NCBI GenBank assembly: GCA_020637445.1
Contig: JACJVZ010000003.1
Coordinates: forward strand, 210,150 to 274,149
DNA: 64,000 nt
Reading direction: 5' to 3'
From: Calditrichota bacterium
Lineage (GTDB): Bacteria > Electryoneota > RPQS01
Made by a program: the position numbers and the translations under genes. The notes below the pieces were generated by a model. The model did no database searches, was not told the DNA's origin, and worked only from the letters and a program-made list of their open reading frames with translations. Shown piece by piece: positions 50,136 to 61,027 of the stretch. The first letter of the stretch is position 1; the number at the start of each line of letters is the position of its first letter.

Positions 50136-51371
50136 ATGAGACTCATGAGTTTGCTGGCCTGTGTTGTGATAACGAGTGTGCTTGCGCACGCTCTCACCAT
50201 CACGCAGGCTGAATATTATGTCGACAGTGATCCGGGCGAAGGCTTCGGAACGTCGATCGCGATTACAAGCGGCGAGAGCGTTTCGTTTTCGTCTCTGCCA
50301 ATTTCAACGGTCGGACTTGACCCGGATAAATTGCACAGTTTGTATGTTCGTTATCTATCGAACGAAGGGTACTGGAGTTTGGGCGAAGGCCGGTACTTCT
50401 ACCCGCTCCAGGCAAGTTCCGGCGCGCTGAATCAGATCAATATCGTTTCCGGTGAATACTGGTTTGACGGCGATGCGCCGACCGCATTTGACGTGCCGGA
50501 TTCACCGGAAGTAAGCTATCCCGCGCTTGTCCCGTCAAGTAGTCTCCAGGACAATACACTACACACATTTCACCTGCGGTACTTGGACGACGATGGAAGC
50601 ATCGCATTGGCTGAGGGCAGGTATTTCTATGTTTTGGCAACACAAGCAGGAAACGTGCAAATCAAGACGGTGACACAGCTTGAATATTGGTTTGACAGCG
50701 ATGCTCCGACGCAAGTTGACTTGACGGACGCCCCGGAAGTGAATTTTGCTGACTTAATTCCGCCGGGAACGGACAGCGGAATACACACATTCAATCTTCG
50801 CTTTTTGGATGACGAAGGAGTTTGGAGTTTTGCGGAAACACGGAGGTTTGTAATTATCTCCGAACTTGCAGGTTCAATCACTCCGAAAAATATCGTCGCG
50901 GCGGAGTACTTCATTAACGGTGATCCGGGTCCCGGAGGTGCGATTGCAATCCCGACCCCCGTGGACGGAACCTATGATGAAGGGGATGAAGAGGCTGCGG
51001 TCGTGGTGTCCGGCTTGCCGATCGGACTGCATCTCTTCTGTATTCGTTATCAGGACAGCGAAGGAATTTGGACACCGGCCTTTTGCGACTCTGTGTATAT
51101 GTCGCCCATTTTAGTGATTCAGCCATCAGGGACTGACATTGTCTTGTCGTGGTTCGCCGATCCGCTGCACGTTCCATTTCACGTGTACCGGTCGCCGACT
51201 CCGGACGGAACTTTCACGGAAATCGGTACAAGCGATTCGCTGGGCTATTTGGATGCGGGAGTTCTCGGTACTTCGGATGAACAGAACATTTATCATGTGA
51301 GAACGACCTCGGGAGCATTGTCGACATTTCGTTTGCCGGAAGCATCGGGGAGTCAACGCCGAGTGAAGTAA
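50136..51371 (+). CDS. Secreted protein with four internal ~75-aa repeats
   Basis: Signal peptide; repeats begin AEYYVDSDPGEG / GEYWFDGDAPTAFD / LEYWFDSDAPTQVD / AEYFINGDPGPGG and share an H-x-F-x-L-R-[YF]-L-D-[DN]-[DE]-G core. Confidence 0.7.
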   Translation: MRLMSLLACVVITSVLAHALTITQAEYYVDSDPGEGFGTSIAITSGESVSFSSLPISTVGLDPDKLHSLYVRYLSNEGYWSLGEGRYFYPLQASSGALNQINIVSGEYWFDGDAPTAFDVPDSPEVSYPALVPSSSLQDNTLHTFHLRYLDDDGSIALAEGRYFYVLATQAGNVQIKTVTQLEYWFDSDAPTQVDLTDAPEVNFADLIPPGTDSGIHTFNLRFLDDEGVWSFAETRRFVIISELAGSITPKNIVAAEYFINGDPGPGGAIAIPTPVDGTYDEGDEEAAVVVSGLPIGLHLFCIRYQDSEGIWTPAFCDSVYMSPILVIQPSGTDIVLSWFADPLHVPFHVYRSPTPDGTFTEIGTSDSLGYLDAGVLGTSDEQNIYHVRTTSGALSTFRLPEASGSQRRVK

Positions 51372-51397
51372 ATCCTGCAATAATACACTTTGGGAAG

Positions 51398-51433
51398 AGT
51401 CCGCGTGTTAGAAGCGCGGACTTTCTCATTTTA
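51398..51433 (+). terminator. Intrinsic terminator candidate after the repeat-protein gene
   Basis: Stem agtccgcg / cgcggact with 9-nt loop, followed by ttctcatttta. Confidence 0.6.
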
Positions 51434-51597
51434 TTAGCTAGCACTATGCAAGCATATTGTGAGCTAATGAAAGTTCAACCTCTCCTCAACGTCAGCATAG
51501 CAAAAGTCTCACGCGAGAAACACGAGGAAGTGATAGATTTCGCGTTCTGACTGAGAAGTCGAAGCACACTCTGAAAAAAATATGCAAGGAGAGAAAG

Positions 51598-54384
51598 ATG
51601 AGAAACTTAGGCAAGGCTTTGTTGATGACGTTGATCGTCTTGAGCTTGAACGCGGGTTCGGCTTGGGCGAATTTCACGCTGACGATTCTGCACAACAATG
51701 ACGGCGAATCGAAGCTGTCGACACTTGGAACGACGCAGCCTGATTACGCCGGCGCTGCCCGCTTTGTAACGAAGGTCAACGACCTCAAGACTTGGGCAAA
51801 CACGAACACGGACGGTTTTGTAATGCTGTCCTCGGGCGACAACTTTTTTGCGGGTGCTCAGTACAACGCGGGTGTGAACAACGGCGTGTACTATGACGCT
51901 CTGGTGTTGGACAAGATTGGCTACAGCGCACTGGCGTTCGGTAACCACGATTTCGATTTCGGCTGCAACACGCTTGCCGCATTCATGGATGACTATTCGA
52001 CGCTGCCCTATCCTCTGTATGTCATCTGCAACATGGATTTCTCGGCTGAGCCCGCGATGCAGGCTCAGGTGAACGCGGGCCGCATTGTTCCGAGCACGAT
52101 TTTGAACGTGAACGGTACGTTGGTCGGCGTGGTTGGCGCGATTTATCCGGATTTGGCTTCAATTTCCAGCCCCGGTAACGCCGTGGTGGATCCAAACCTT
52201 GCAGCCGCGGTTCAGGCTCAAGTGGATGCCATGGTTTTGAACGGCGCGAATATTATCATCATGATTTCGCACCTTCAGGACACGGCCAACGAAGAAGCTC
52301 TGGTTGCTCAGCTTCAGGGTGTGGACGTTGTGATCGCCGGCGGCGCGGACGAGTTCCTTGCCAACGCGGGCATCTCGCCTGTGTACCCCGGTGACGTTGT
52401 GAACCCGGTTCGCACCTATCCGTTGGTTCGTCAGGACTTGAACGGTGACGACGTGCTGGTAGTTACGACGACGGGCGAATATAAGTATGTTGGCCGTTTA
52501 GTGGTTGAGTTTGACAATAACGGCGACGCGATTGCCGTGGATCCGATTTCGAATCCGGTTTGTGTGTTGGATGCTTCGATTGACGCGGTGAACGGTGTGA
52601 CGGCGGACCCGGCTTGTGTGGCCGCAGTAATCAACCCGGTTGAAACCTACATCAACAATCTGGCCACGCACGTGATTGCGACGACCGACGTTCCGCTGAA
52701 CGGCACGCGTCCGTTGATCCGCCAGGTTGAGACGAACCAGGGCGACATTTTCGCCGATGCCATGCTGTGGGAAGGCCAGCGCAGAGCCGCATCGTTTGGC
52801 GTTTGCGTTCCTAACGTCGCGTTCCAGAACGGCGGTGGTATGCGTAAGAACGACGGTGAAATCCCCGTGGGCAACGTGTCGGAATTGAACACCTACGAAA
52901 TCGCGGCGTTTGACAACCAGGTTTCGATTACGCCGAACATTCCGGTTCAGCAGTTCAAGGAAATGCTGGAAGCGGCTGTTCGCCTTTCGCCCTCGCAGAA
53001 CGGCGGCTTTTTGCAGGTTGCGGGTTTCAAGTACACGTACGACAACACCCGTCAAGCTCAAGTTTTGGACGGCAGCTTGAACGTGGTGACTCCGGGCGAG
53101 CGCGTGCGCGACGTCGTGCTGAATGACGGAACGGTAATCGTCAGCTGCGGCGAAGTCGTCTCGGGCGCACCAGACCTCTGCATCGCGACGAACAACTTCA
53201 CGGCCGGTCAGAGCGGCGACAATATTCCGTTCCGCGGCGCTCCGCTGACGTTGATTGGTGTGACCTATCAGCAGGCTCTGTACAACTACATCGTTGAAGC
53301 GACCGGCTTGAACGGCGTGATCACGGGTGCTCAGTATCCTGTGACGCCGGGACAGTACCGTATCGTCGAGCGCACGTTCACGCAGACGTTCACGAACAAT
53401 AACACGGCTGCGATCTTCACGGCGACGGCAACGACGGACGCGATGACAAACTTGAGCAGCGGATTCAGCGTGAACTTCTACCCGTCGAATGCGCCGACTT
53501 CGATGACGGGCAGCTTCTCGCGCGTTCGTCCGGCTTTGTCGGATATCGATTACAACCTGCCCGAAGCGTTTGCGGTGGGTCGTTACTTCAACTTCACGAC
53601 GGAGAACGACGGTTCGTCAAGCACGAACGCCGACCTTTACTTCAATGCCTGCGAAGTTCCGGCGGGCCTGTCGCTGAACAATCTCGTAGCGGTGCGCACG
53701 GAAGACGGCGGCGCAAACTGGTATACGGTTGCCCCGATTTCCGTTACGAGTATCGGCAACGGCATCTACAAAGCCGAGTTTGAGAATGTCGGCACTATCG
53801 AAGGTTTCTGGGGCTTGGGAGTTCGTGACCGCGTGCTGCCGGTTGAGCTGACGAGCTTTGACGCTGAAGCCATCAACGGCGAAGTTGCTTTGATGTGGAC
53901 GACAGCTTCGGAATCAGACGTCGCACGATTCGAACTTTCGCGCAACGGCGATAAGATTGCCGAGATCACGGCGCAGAACAACCCGACCGGCGCGACCTAC
54001 AGCTTCACCGACCGCGTCGAAGCGGGTTCATACACGTATGAACTTTCCGAAGTGTCGATGAACGGTGAGCACATCGTTTTGGGTACGACCTCAATTGAAC
54101 TTTCCGACGGCGCAGTCGCCAATGAGTACGAATTGGGCGAGGCCCATCCGAACCCGTTCAACCCGACAACCAGCATCGACTTCGTGATTGCCAATGCCGA
54201 AAACGTGAAGCTCGACGTCTTCAACCCGCTGGGTCAAGTTGTGGCCACGTTGGCCGACGGCCGGATGGAAGCCGGCAGCCACACGGTGCAGTTTGACGGC
54301 GCGAACCTGACGAGCGGTATTTACTTCTACCGTTTGGAAGCCGGTTCGTTCTCCGCGATGAAGAAGATGGTTCTGGTCAAGTAG
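51598..54384 (+). CDS. Secreted 5'-nucleotidase/metallophosphoesterase family protein with T9SS C-terminal sorting domain
   Basis: LTILHNNDGESKL and GNHDFDFG motifs; CTD EAHPNPFNPTTSIDF...GIYFYRLEAGSFSAMKKMVLVK. Confidence 0.85.
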   Translation: MRNLGKALLMTLIVLSLNAGSAWANFTLTILHNNDGESKLSTLGTTQPDYAGAARFVTKVNDLKTWANTNTDGFVMLSSGDNFFAGAQYNAGVNNGVYYDALVLDKIGYSALAFGNHDFDFGCNTLAAFMDDYSTLPYPLYVICNMDFSAEPAMQAQVNAGRIVPSTILNVNGTLVGVVGAIYPDLASISSPGNAVVDPNLAAAVQAQVDAMVLNGANIIIMISHLQDTANEEALVAQLQGVDVVIAGGADEFLANAGISPVYPGDVVNPVRTYPLVRQDLNGDDVLVVTTTGEYKYVGRLVVEFDNNGDAIAVDPISNPVCVLDASIDAVNGVTADPACVAAVINPVETYINNLATHVIATTDVPLNGTRPLIRQVETNQGDIFADAMLWEGQRRAASFGVCVPNVAFQNGGGMRKNDGEIPVGNVSELNTYEIAAFDNQVSITPNIPVQQFKEMLEAAVRLSPSQNGGFLQVAGFKYTYDNTRQAQVLDGSLNVVTPGERVRDVVLNDGTVIVSCGEVVSGAPDLCIATNNFTAGQSGDNIPFRGAPLTLIGVTYQQALYNYIVEATGLNGVITGAQYPVTPGQYRIVERTFTQTFTNNNTAAIFTATATTDAMTNLSSGFSVNFYPSNAPTSMTGSFSRVRPALSDIDYNLPEAFAVGRYFNFTTENDGSSSTNADLYFNACEVPAGLSLNNLVAVRTEDGGANWYTVAPISVTSIGNGIYKAEFENVGTIEGFWGLGVRDRVLPVELTSFDAEAINGEVALMWTTASESDVARFELSRNGDKIAEITAQNNPTGATYSFTDRVEAGSYTYELSEVSMNGEHIVLGTTSIELSDGAVANEYELGEAHPNPFNPTTSIDFVIANAENVKLDVFNPLGQVVATLADGRMEAGSHTVQFDGANLTSGIYFYRLEAGSFSAMKKMVLVK

Positions 54385-54448
54385 CCAGCCAGCATAGACG
54401 CTGGACTCAATGCGCTTCGCGGGCGCTTGGGTTTATTGAACAAGAAAA

Positions 54449-54481
54449 CGCCCCGACCGTTTGGCCGGGGCGTTTTTTGTT
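54449..54481. terminator. Bidirectional intrinsic terminator between the 5'-nucleotidase gene and the convergent ABC operon
   Basis: Stem cgccccgacc / ggccggggcg, preceded by aaaa and followed by ttttttg. Confidence 0.8.
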
Positions 54482-54486
54482 TGAGG

Positions 54487-54527
54487 ATTCCGACAGGGAA
54501 CCGCTGCGCTTGGTCCCTGCTCGGAGA
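54487..54527 (+). repeat. Conserved motif family 2, copy B
   Basis: gattccgacagggaaccgctgcgcttggtccctgctcggagag; 34 of 41 positions identical to copy A; stem caggga/tccctg differs from copy A by a compensatory pair. Confidence 0.6.
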
Positions 54528-54533
54528 GTTATG

Positions 54534-55868
54534 TTATCCCAACTCCGTTGCCAGTCTCTTTCTAAAAATGACAATTGCGATGCCGGTCATGATCGCGGCC
54601 ATACCGAGACAGACTCCGCATTCGAGCAGGATTCCGGAGATTCCTTGATTGCGCCAAAAGATGTCATTGAATCCGCGCATCGCCCAGTAGACGGGCGTAA
54701 CTTCACTTATTGCGCGAATAAACGGCGGGAGCATGAAGCTGGGAAACATCGCGCCGCCGATGGACGAGATGCTTAGGATCACTACGACTTGAATGCCGCT
54801 TGCTTGCTCTTCGGTGCCGGACAGCGCGGAGATAATCAATCCGACGCCGCTCATCACAATCGCGGTCACCACAATCATCAGAAGCAGCGCGGGCAAGTGA
54901 TCCCAAATCTGCAAGTCGAAAATCAACCAGCCATAAACCATCATCGCAAAAAGTTGAAAGCTGCCGAGCGTGACGGCATACAGAAGTTTCGAGAGCAGAA
55001 TATCGCCTCCGGTCGCACCCATCAACAAGAGTCTTTGCGCCGTGCCCGAGCGCATTTCGCGCAGCAGCGACGCGGCGATTGCACCGACGCCGAAGAGCAT
55101 GAACATCACGGCCGTGCCGGCGGTCGTATGTGACACGGCGGAATTGACGACTTGTTGACCGACGACTTGCGTGCGGGTGATTTGATTTACTTTGTCAAAA
55201 CTCTGCGCCATGTTGAAACCGCCGCTATCCGCGGCCGCGTTGTTCTCACCGAGCAGCATGTCTTCAGGCACGAGGTCCTTGAAGCTCATACCACTGTCGG
55301 GAAGTTCTACGCCGAAGTTTTTCTCAATCGCCGAAGCGAGATCCTTGTTGAACATCGACGTTGACATTGAGTCCAGCATGCCGGACATCATCGCCGACGG
55401 CATCAGCATTGGAAAGGTCTCGAACGAAGTCTTTTGCATCAGCCCGAGCAAAACTCCGGCAGTTATTGGATCACGAGTATCTTCGAGAATGTGCGCGCGG
55501 ATTTCACCGTCTTTAATGCCTTCGGTGAAATCCGAGGGAATCACCAAAGCAGCCGAGTAGGTTCCACCGTAAACAAGTTTTGCCGCGGCGGCACTGTCAT
55601 ACATGGAGCTGTCCTTAGGCGAACGGTCGATCATCTGCAGTTCTTCGAGTTTGTCGAGCGAAGAAATGAACCGCGCGCCCGCCGGGCCGAGGTCCTCGTT
55701 GACGGCAATCACTCTCAGCTCTTTCAGTCCTTCACTGCCTTGACCGCCGAACACAAATCCAAACACGACGATCATCACCATAGGCACAATAAAAGCAAGC
55801 CCGAGTGCGACGGGGTCCGCGAGAAAGATCGCGAGGTCTTTGCGGGCCAGATACCAGATTTTTTTCAT
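54534..55868 (-). CDS. ABC-2 family transporter permease with large extracytoplasmic loop
   Basis: 444 aa; N-terminal TM, ~200-aa soluble domain, C-terminal TM bundle; overlaps upstream ATPase gene by 4 nt. Confidence 0.8.
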   Translation of the reverse strand: MKKIWYLARKDLAIFLADPVALGLAFIVPMVMIVVFGFVFGGQGSEGLKELRVIAVNEDLGPAGARFISSLDKLEELQMIDRSPKDSSMYDSAAAAKLVYGGTYSAALVIPSDFTEGIKDGEIRAHILEDTRDPITAGVLLGLMQKTSFETFPMLMPSAMMSGMLDSMSTSMFNKDLASAIEKNFGVELPDSGMSFKDLVPEDMLLGENNAAADSGGFNMAQSFDKVNQITRTQVVGQQVVNSAVSHTTAGTAVMFMLFGVGAIAASLLREMRSGTAQRLLLMGATGGDILLSKLLYAVTLGSFQLFAMMVYGWLIFDLQIWDHLPALLLMIVVTAIVMSGVGLIISALSGTEEQASGIQVVVILSISSIGGAMFPSFMLPPFIRAISEVTPVYWAMRGFNDIFWRNQGISGILLECGVCLGMAAIMTGIAIVIFRKRLATELG

Positions 55869-56776
55869 GCGTCGCGCAGCTCCCGCCCCGTTAATTCAAG
55901 AAACAGCATTTCCAAATTTGGCGCCACGACTTCGACGCGCTGCGCACCTGTGAAGCCCGCGAGCGTTCCGAGGATATCGGGCAAACCGTCTTCACCTTGG
56001 GGAATGTAATCCACCCGCAAGCCGGAGAGCTTTCGTTCGACTCCGTTCAAACTCGGTGGAGTTTCATTTTCGCTGCGCAGAATAAGCCGGACGAACCGCG
56101 GAGTCTTGACGAGCTTGACCAACTCATTTAGCGAGCCGACTCCGAGCAACTTACCGTGATCGAGTATGGCGATGGTGCGGCAAAGTCGCTCCGCTTCTTC
56201 CATGTAGTGAGTCGTGTAGAGAATCGTCATGCCCGATTGATGCAGCGATTCGAGCAAATCGAAGATGCTCGCGCGCGACTGCGGATCGACTCCAACCGTC
56301 GGTTCATCGAGCAAAAGAATTTTAGGTTCGCTCAGTAGCGCGACGCCGAGGTTCAAACGCCGTTTCATGCCGCCGGAAAAAGTCTTGACTCGCGACTTTC
56401 TGCGATCGGAAAGCCCGACTTGTTCGAGTACGCGGTCAATCCGTTTGTCGAGCTCTTTTCCGGTCACTCCGCGAAGTTTGCCGAAGAGTTCGAGATTTTT
56501 TTGCGCGGAGAGCACATCATACAGAGCAATGTCTTGCGGAACGACGCCCATGGCATACGGAATTTGCCAACGCTCGAGTTTGCTGTCGAAAATTCGCAGT
56601 TCACCGCTGTCGGGCGCAACCAATCCGCAGAGCACGCGCATCAGGGTCGTCTTCCCCGCTCCGTTGGGCCCAAGCAAGCCAAAGAAATCACCTTTCGCAA
56701 CCGAGAACGAGACGTCATTCAGTGCGCGCACGTCGCCGAAGGACTTGCTGATACTCTTGATATCAAACGCACTCAC
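55865..56776 (-). CDS. ABC transporter ATP-binding protein
   Basis: Walker [10 protein letters not shown], signature FSGGMKRRL, Walker B ILLLDEP. Confidence 0.9.
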   Translation of the reverse strand: MSAFDIKSISKSFGDVRALNDVSFSVAKGDFFGLLGPNGAGKTTLMRVLCGLVAPDSGELRIFDSKLERWQIPYAMGVVPQDIALYDVLSAQKNLELFGKLRGVTGKELDKRIDRVLEQVGLSDRRKSRVKTFSGGMKRRLNLGVALLSEPKILLLDEPTVGVDPQSRASIFDLLESLHQSGMTILYTTHYMEEAERLCRTIAILDHGKLLGVGSLNELVKLVKTPRFVRLILRSENETPPSLNGVERKLSGLRVDYIPQGEDGLPDILGTLAGFTGAQRVEVVAPNLEMLFLELTGRELRDA

Positions 56777-58218
56777 GATTTTTTCCCCAAAAGTCCACCG
56801 AGCAAGCCGCGAATGAGCGACCGTCCCGCTTGCGAAGCGGCGGCGCGCGCGGCAGATTTCATCACGGCAGTCATGACGTCCTCCGGTCCTTTCGCAGATT
56901 TCTTCTTTGCTTTGCTGACTTCTTCGGCTTTCTCGGAAGCAGCGGCCTGTTCCGCTTTTTGTTTTAGTTTTTCGTAAGCGGATTCACGGTCGACGCTTTG
57001 TTCGTAGACTCCCGCCACAATCGAACTTTGCATCGTAACGAGCCGCTCGTTGTCTTCAAGCGGCCCGATGCGCGAGAACGGCGGCAGGATGTAGGCGCGT
57101 TCAGCGGGTGCGGGCACGCCTTTTTCGTCGAGAAAACTCACCACAGCTTCACCGATTCCAAGTTCCGGAATTGCCTTTTCGAGATCCAGCCCGGGGTTGG
57201 CGCGAAACGTCTCGGCAGCCGCTTTCAATTTCTTTTGTTCGGCGGGCGTGAACGCACGGAGCGCGTGCTGCACACGATTTCCGAGCTGAGTGAGAACTTT
57301 TTCGGGCACGTCCATCGGATGCTGCGTGACAAAAAACACTCCGACACCTTTTGAACGAATGAGCCGCACGACCTGCTCGATCTTGTCAAGCAGTGCAGCG
57401 GGCGCGTCGTCGAACAGCAGATGTGCTTCGTCAAAGAAGAAGACGAGTTTGGGCTTTTCGGGATCGCCCACTTCGGGAAGCCGCTCGAAGAGTTCGGAGA
57501 GCATCCACAGCAGAAATGTCGCGTAGACTTTGGGAGCGCGCACGAGTTCTTCGGCATGGAGTATATTGATATATCCGTGACCGTTGGCGTCCGTCTGCAG
57601 CAAGTCCATCAAATCAAAGGCAGGTTCGCCGAAGAATTTGTCTCCGCCCTGCTCTTCAAGCGTCAAGAGCGCGCGCTGAATTGCGCCGACGCTTGCGGGT
57701 GAAACGTTACCATATTCTGTGGTGAGTTCCTTGCGAATCTCGCCGACGTGGGCCAGCATCGCCCGCAGGTCTTTCAAGTCGAGCAAGAGCAGACCTTCGT
57801 CATCGGCATAGCTGAAAATAATCTGCAGCACGCCGGCTTGGGTTTCATTGAGATTCAGGAGCCGCGACAGGAGCAGGGGTCCCATCTCGGATATCGTCGT
57901 GCGGATCGGATGTCCCTTTTTTCCGAACACGTCCCAGAAAATGGTAGAATTCCCGGAGAACTCGTGTTCTTTGATTCCCAGCAAGTCAAGCCGCTTTTGA
58001 AATCTCTCGGACATTTTACCTGCCGTGGCGACACCGGACAGATCGCCTTTGACATCGGCGGCGAAAACCGGGATTCCTGCACGGGACATGCGCTCGGCCA
58101 TGACCTGCAATGTGACGGTCTTGCCTGTTCCCGTCGCTCCGGTAACGAGACCGTGACGGTTAAGTCTTTTAGGAAGTACGGAGATTTCGACGGAGTCTTT
58201 GAGAGCTATGGGCAGCAT
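56773..58218 (-). CDS. DUF853 family P-loop NTPase (YjgR/HerA-like)
   Basis: N-terminus [24 protein letters not shown]...[11 protein letters not shown] as in YjgR-type DUF853; Walker B-like [12 protein letters not shown]; Lys/Ala-rich C-terminal tail. Confidence 0.75.
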   Translation of the reverse strand: MLPIALKDSVEISVLPKRLNRHGLVTGATGTGKTVTLQVMAERMSRAGIPVFAADVKGDLSGVATAGKMSERFQKRLDLLGIKEHEFSGNSTIFWDVFGKKGHPIRTTISEMGPLLLSRLLNLNETQAGVLQIIFSYADDEGLLLLDLKDLRAMLAHVGEIRKELTTEYGNVSPASVGAIQRALLTLEEQGGDKFFGEPAFDLMDLLQTDANGHGYINILHAEELVRAPKVYATFLLWMLSELFERLPEVGDPEKPKLVFFFDEAHLLFDDAPAALLDKIEQVVRLIRSKGVGVFFVTQHPMDVPEKVLTQLGNRVQHALRAFTPAEQKKLKAAAETFRANPGLDLEKAIPELGIGEAVVSFLDEKGVPAPAERAYILPPFSRIGPLEDNERLVTMQSSIVAGVYEQSVDRESAYEKLKQKAEQAAASEKAEEVSKAKKKSAKGPEDVMTAVMKSAARAAASQAGRSLIRGLLGGLLGKKS

Positions 58219-58466
58219 AACGAAATTGAGTAGAGTTGAAGGTAGGTTGAGGGAATTCAGGAGATTGAGGTCAAACGCGAAGGAGGGCTCGCGTTTAATT
58301 TAGTCAGATTTTCCGTAGGAAGTCAAGATAACGTCTCAAACGCCTTTTGAACGATGTTAAGGAAGAGAGCGGTGTTCACATGGCCTCGCAGGGGAGAATC
58401 AGTCCGTAAGTTCAATGTTTACAAATTGCATCCCGTGGCTCAGATGCCTACCATATTAGGTTAACG

Positions 58467-59891
58467 GTGAATCAGAGGAGCGGAGTTTTGACGGACCAGA
58501 CGATTCAGTGGATGATCATTATCGCGTATGTCACCTTTATTTTTGTGAAGGGCGTGATGAAGAGCAAGAACATCCATTCGACGGATGACTACTTGGTCGC
58601 GGGCCGTAATGTTGGCTGGTGGCTTTTGTTTGCGACGATGGGTGCAACGGTAATTGGCGGCGGGTACTCGATCGGTGCGACCGCAAAGACATACGAGTAC
58701 GGAGTGCTGTGGGTACTGATCTCCATGGGCGGCTATCTGCACTTTATTTTTTCGGGGATGGTCGTCGCGCCGAAATTCCGGGAAGCTGAACTCTATACGG
58801 TCGCAGGCTACTTCAAATACCGGTTTGGCGAGCGTCCGCGATTTGTTGCGATGCTGCTCTCGCTGCTGTTTTCGGTATTCATCATCGCGGCCCAGATGGC
58901 AGCCTTTGGTTCAATCTTGGCGACCTTGATGCCAGGCGCGGCGGAAGGCGGTTTCGACGTGCGCTGGGCAATCTTGATCGGCGGGTTTATCGTCATCGTG
59001 TACAGCACAGCAGGCGGATTGTTGGCCGTGATATACACGGACGTCTATCAATTCGTGGTCTTGTTCATCGGATTTGCGGTGACGCTTGCGATGTGCGCGC
59101 CGGATTTGATTTCTTCATGGGGACACGTACAAGCCACCCTTCCCGACAAGTGGTTTTCTTTTGACGGCGGCAAGGGGATCAGCTTTTTAGTAACGACGTT
59201 CTTTGCATTTTTGCTGGGAGAGACGTTTGCGCCGGGGTATGCGACACGCTATTGCATCGGCCGCGACATCAAGCACACGCAACGCGGTATTGCCGGTGTG
59301 GGAATCGTACTGGCACTGACCTTTCCGCTGGTTTTGTTCTTCATCGCCTTGTACGGCAGGCTGCATTTCCCGAACATAGATTCACAGCTTGCACTTTCTT
59401 TGGTCATAAAGAATCTTCACAGCCCGTGGATCGCGGGACTAATCATCGCGGCTCTGCTGTCGGCGGTGATGTCGTCAGCGGACTCGGCTCTTAACTCGTG
59501 CACGGCGATTTTCGTCAAGGACGTTTTCGAAGACCAATTCAAGACGCAATTCAAAAGCGACAAGGAAACGTTGAAATGGGCGCGGCGTTTGACGATGGGC
59601 GTGGGAGTCGCGGCGACGCTTGTGGCATTCTTTTGGCCGGACATTATCGGGCTGCTGCTTTTCACTTACCACTTGTGGGCGCCGGGAATCATTCTTCCGG
59701 TCGTATACGGGACACTAACCAAGAAGAAGTCGCCGGCTCTGACAGAGGCCATTTTCTTGACGATGGTCCTTTCCGTAATCGTCACGTTGTTCTATCGCAA
59801 AACAAGTTACGCCGAAACTTTTGATCCTGCTGTCTTCGGCGTCATCGCAAGCATTGTGATTTTCGCGATTATAAGGTTATTCAAGAAATGA
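58467..59891 (+). CDS. Sodium:solute symporter family (SSF) transporter
   Basis: DDYLVAGRNVGWW...ATVIGGGYSIG motif; multiple TM helices; GTG start, alternative TTG at 58488 after AGGAG. Confidence 0.85.
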   Translation: MNQRSGVLTDQTIQWMIIIAYVTFIFVKGVMKSKNIHSTDDYLVAGRNVGWWLLFATMGATVIGGGYSIGATAKTYEYGVLWVLISMGGYLHFIFSGMVVAPKFREAELYTVAGYFKYRFGERPRFVAMLLSLLFSVFIIAAQMAAFGSILATLMPGAAEGGFDVRWAILIGGFIVIVYSTAGGLLAVIYTDVYQFVVLFIGFAVTLAMCAPDLISSWGHVQATLPDKWFSFDGGKGISFLVTTFFAFLLGETFAPGYATRYCIGRDIKHTQRGIAGVGIVLALTFPLVLFFIALYGRLHFPNIDSQLALSLVIKNLHSPWIAGLIIAALLSAVMSSADSALNSCTAIFVKDVFEDQFKTQFKSDKETLKWARRLTMGVGVAATLVAFFWPDIIGLLLFTYHLWAPGIILPVVYGTLTKKKSPALTEAIFLTMVLSVIVTLFYRKTSYAETFDPAVFGVIASIVIFAIIRLFKK

Positions 59892-61027
59892 ACACTATCA
59901 TTTCCACGGCCATCGCTCAGCGGCATGCGCTGCACCGGCTGGCGGAACTCTCCAATCAGGAGAAATTGACATCCGAATTCGTACAGGGGTTTGTGCAAGG
60001 CTGCAAGCCGCTGGCAATTCACGCGCATCTTGGCGGACATGGTTTGATCGCGGAATTCGGCATCAAAGATGCGCAGCCTGTTACTTTGTTTCGTGCGGAA
60101 CTCGACGCACTGCCGATTCCCGAAACGATCGATGCTCCGCACGCGTCGGACGCACCGTTCGTGAGTCACAAATGCGGTCACGACGGTCACATGGCGATTT
60201 TATGCGGCATCGCACAACATTTGCGTGACCATCCTCTCAAAAGGGGCCGCTTGGCTTTGCTCTTTCAACCGGCGGAAGAGACAGGAGACGGCTGTGCGAA
60301 AGTCATGAAGACGGCAGTCTTCAAGAAATTGAAACCGACGACTTGTTTTGCGCTGCATAACCTTCCGGGCTACGACGCAGGTCAAGTTGTCGTTCGCGAG
60401 AATCTCTTTGCCGCGGCGTCGCTCGGTCTAATCATTCGACTGCACGGCAGTACGTCACATGCTGCGGAACCGCACAAGGGCAACTCGCCGACGCGCGCTT
60501 TGGCAACACTGCTTGATCAACTTCCGTCCGTACCGCACTATCATGCGGGGCTGTTCGACTCCGCGCAAGTGACCGTTATCCACGCTCAACTGGGCAAAGA
60601 AGCATTTGGAACATCACCGGGCGACGCGGACATCATGCTGACCTTGCGGGCCGAATCGGACACTCTTTTAGACATTTTGCTTCAAACCTGCGTTCAATTT
60701 GCAAAGTCGATCGCGCTCCTTCATTCTCTCAAATGTTCCACGGACGTCACCGAGCGCTTTCCGGCCACCGTTAACGACGGTGCTTGCGTGGCCAGAGTGA
60801 CCAGCGCCGCTCAACGCTCCAATATACCATTGCTGGTCACTGAACGTCCTTTCGCTTGGTCGGAAGATTTCGGTCATATGTTAAAGAAATGTCCCGGAGC
60901 ACTTTTCGGCATCGGCGCAGGCAAGAAGCATCCGTCTCTGCATCATCCCGAATACGATTTCCCCGACGAGATCATCGAGCCCGCCCTTCGAATTTTCACC
61001 GAACTTCTTAAAGATGAACATTACTGA
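59888..61027 (+). CDS. M20-family amidohydrolase (M20D/aminoacylase-like)
   Basis: FRAELDALPI, HKCGHDGH and FQPAEETGDG metal-binding motifs; 4-nt overlap with symporter gene. Confidence 0.8.
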   Translation: MNTIISTAIAQRHALHRLAELSNQEKLTSEFVQGFVQGCKPLAIHAHLGGHGLIAEFGIKDAQPVTLFRAELDALPIPETIDAPHASDAPFVSHKCGHDGHMAILCGIAQHLRDHPLKRGRLALLFQPAEETGDGCAKVMKTAVFKKLKPTTCFALHNLPGYDAGQVVVRENLFAAASLGLIIRLHGSTSHAAEPHKGNSPTRALATLLDQLPSVPHYHAGLFDSAQVTVIHAQLGKEAFGTSPGDADIMLTLRAESDTLLDILLQTCVQFAKSIALLHSLKCSTDVTERFPATVNDGACVARVTSAAQRSNIPLLVTERPFAWSEDFGHMLKKCPGALFGIGAGKKHPSLHHPEYDFPDEIIEPALRIFTELLKDEHY

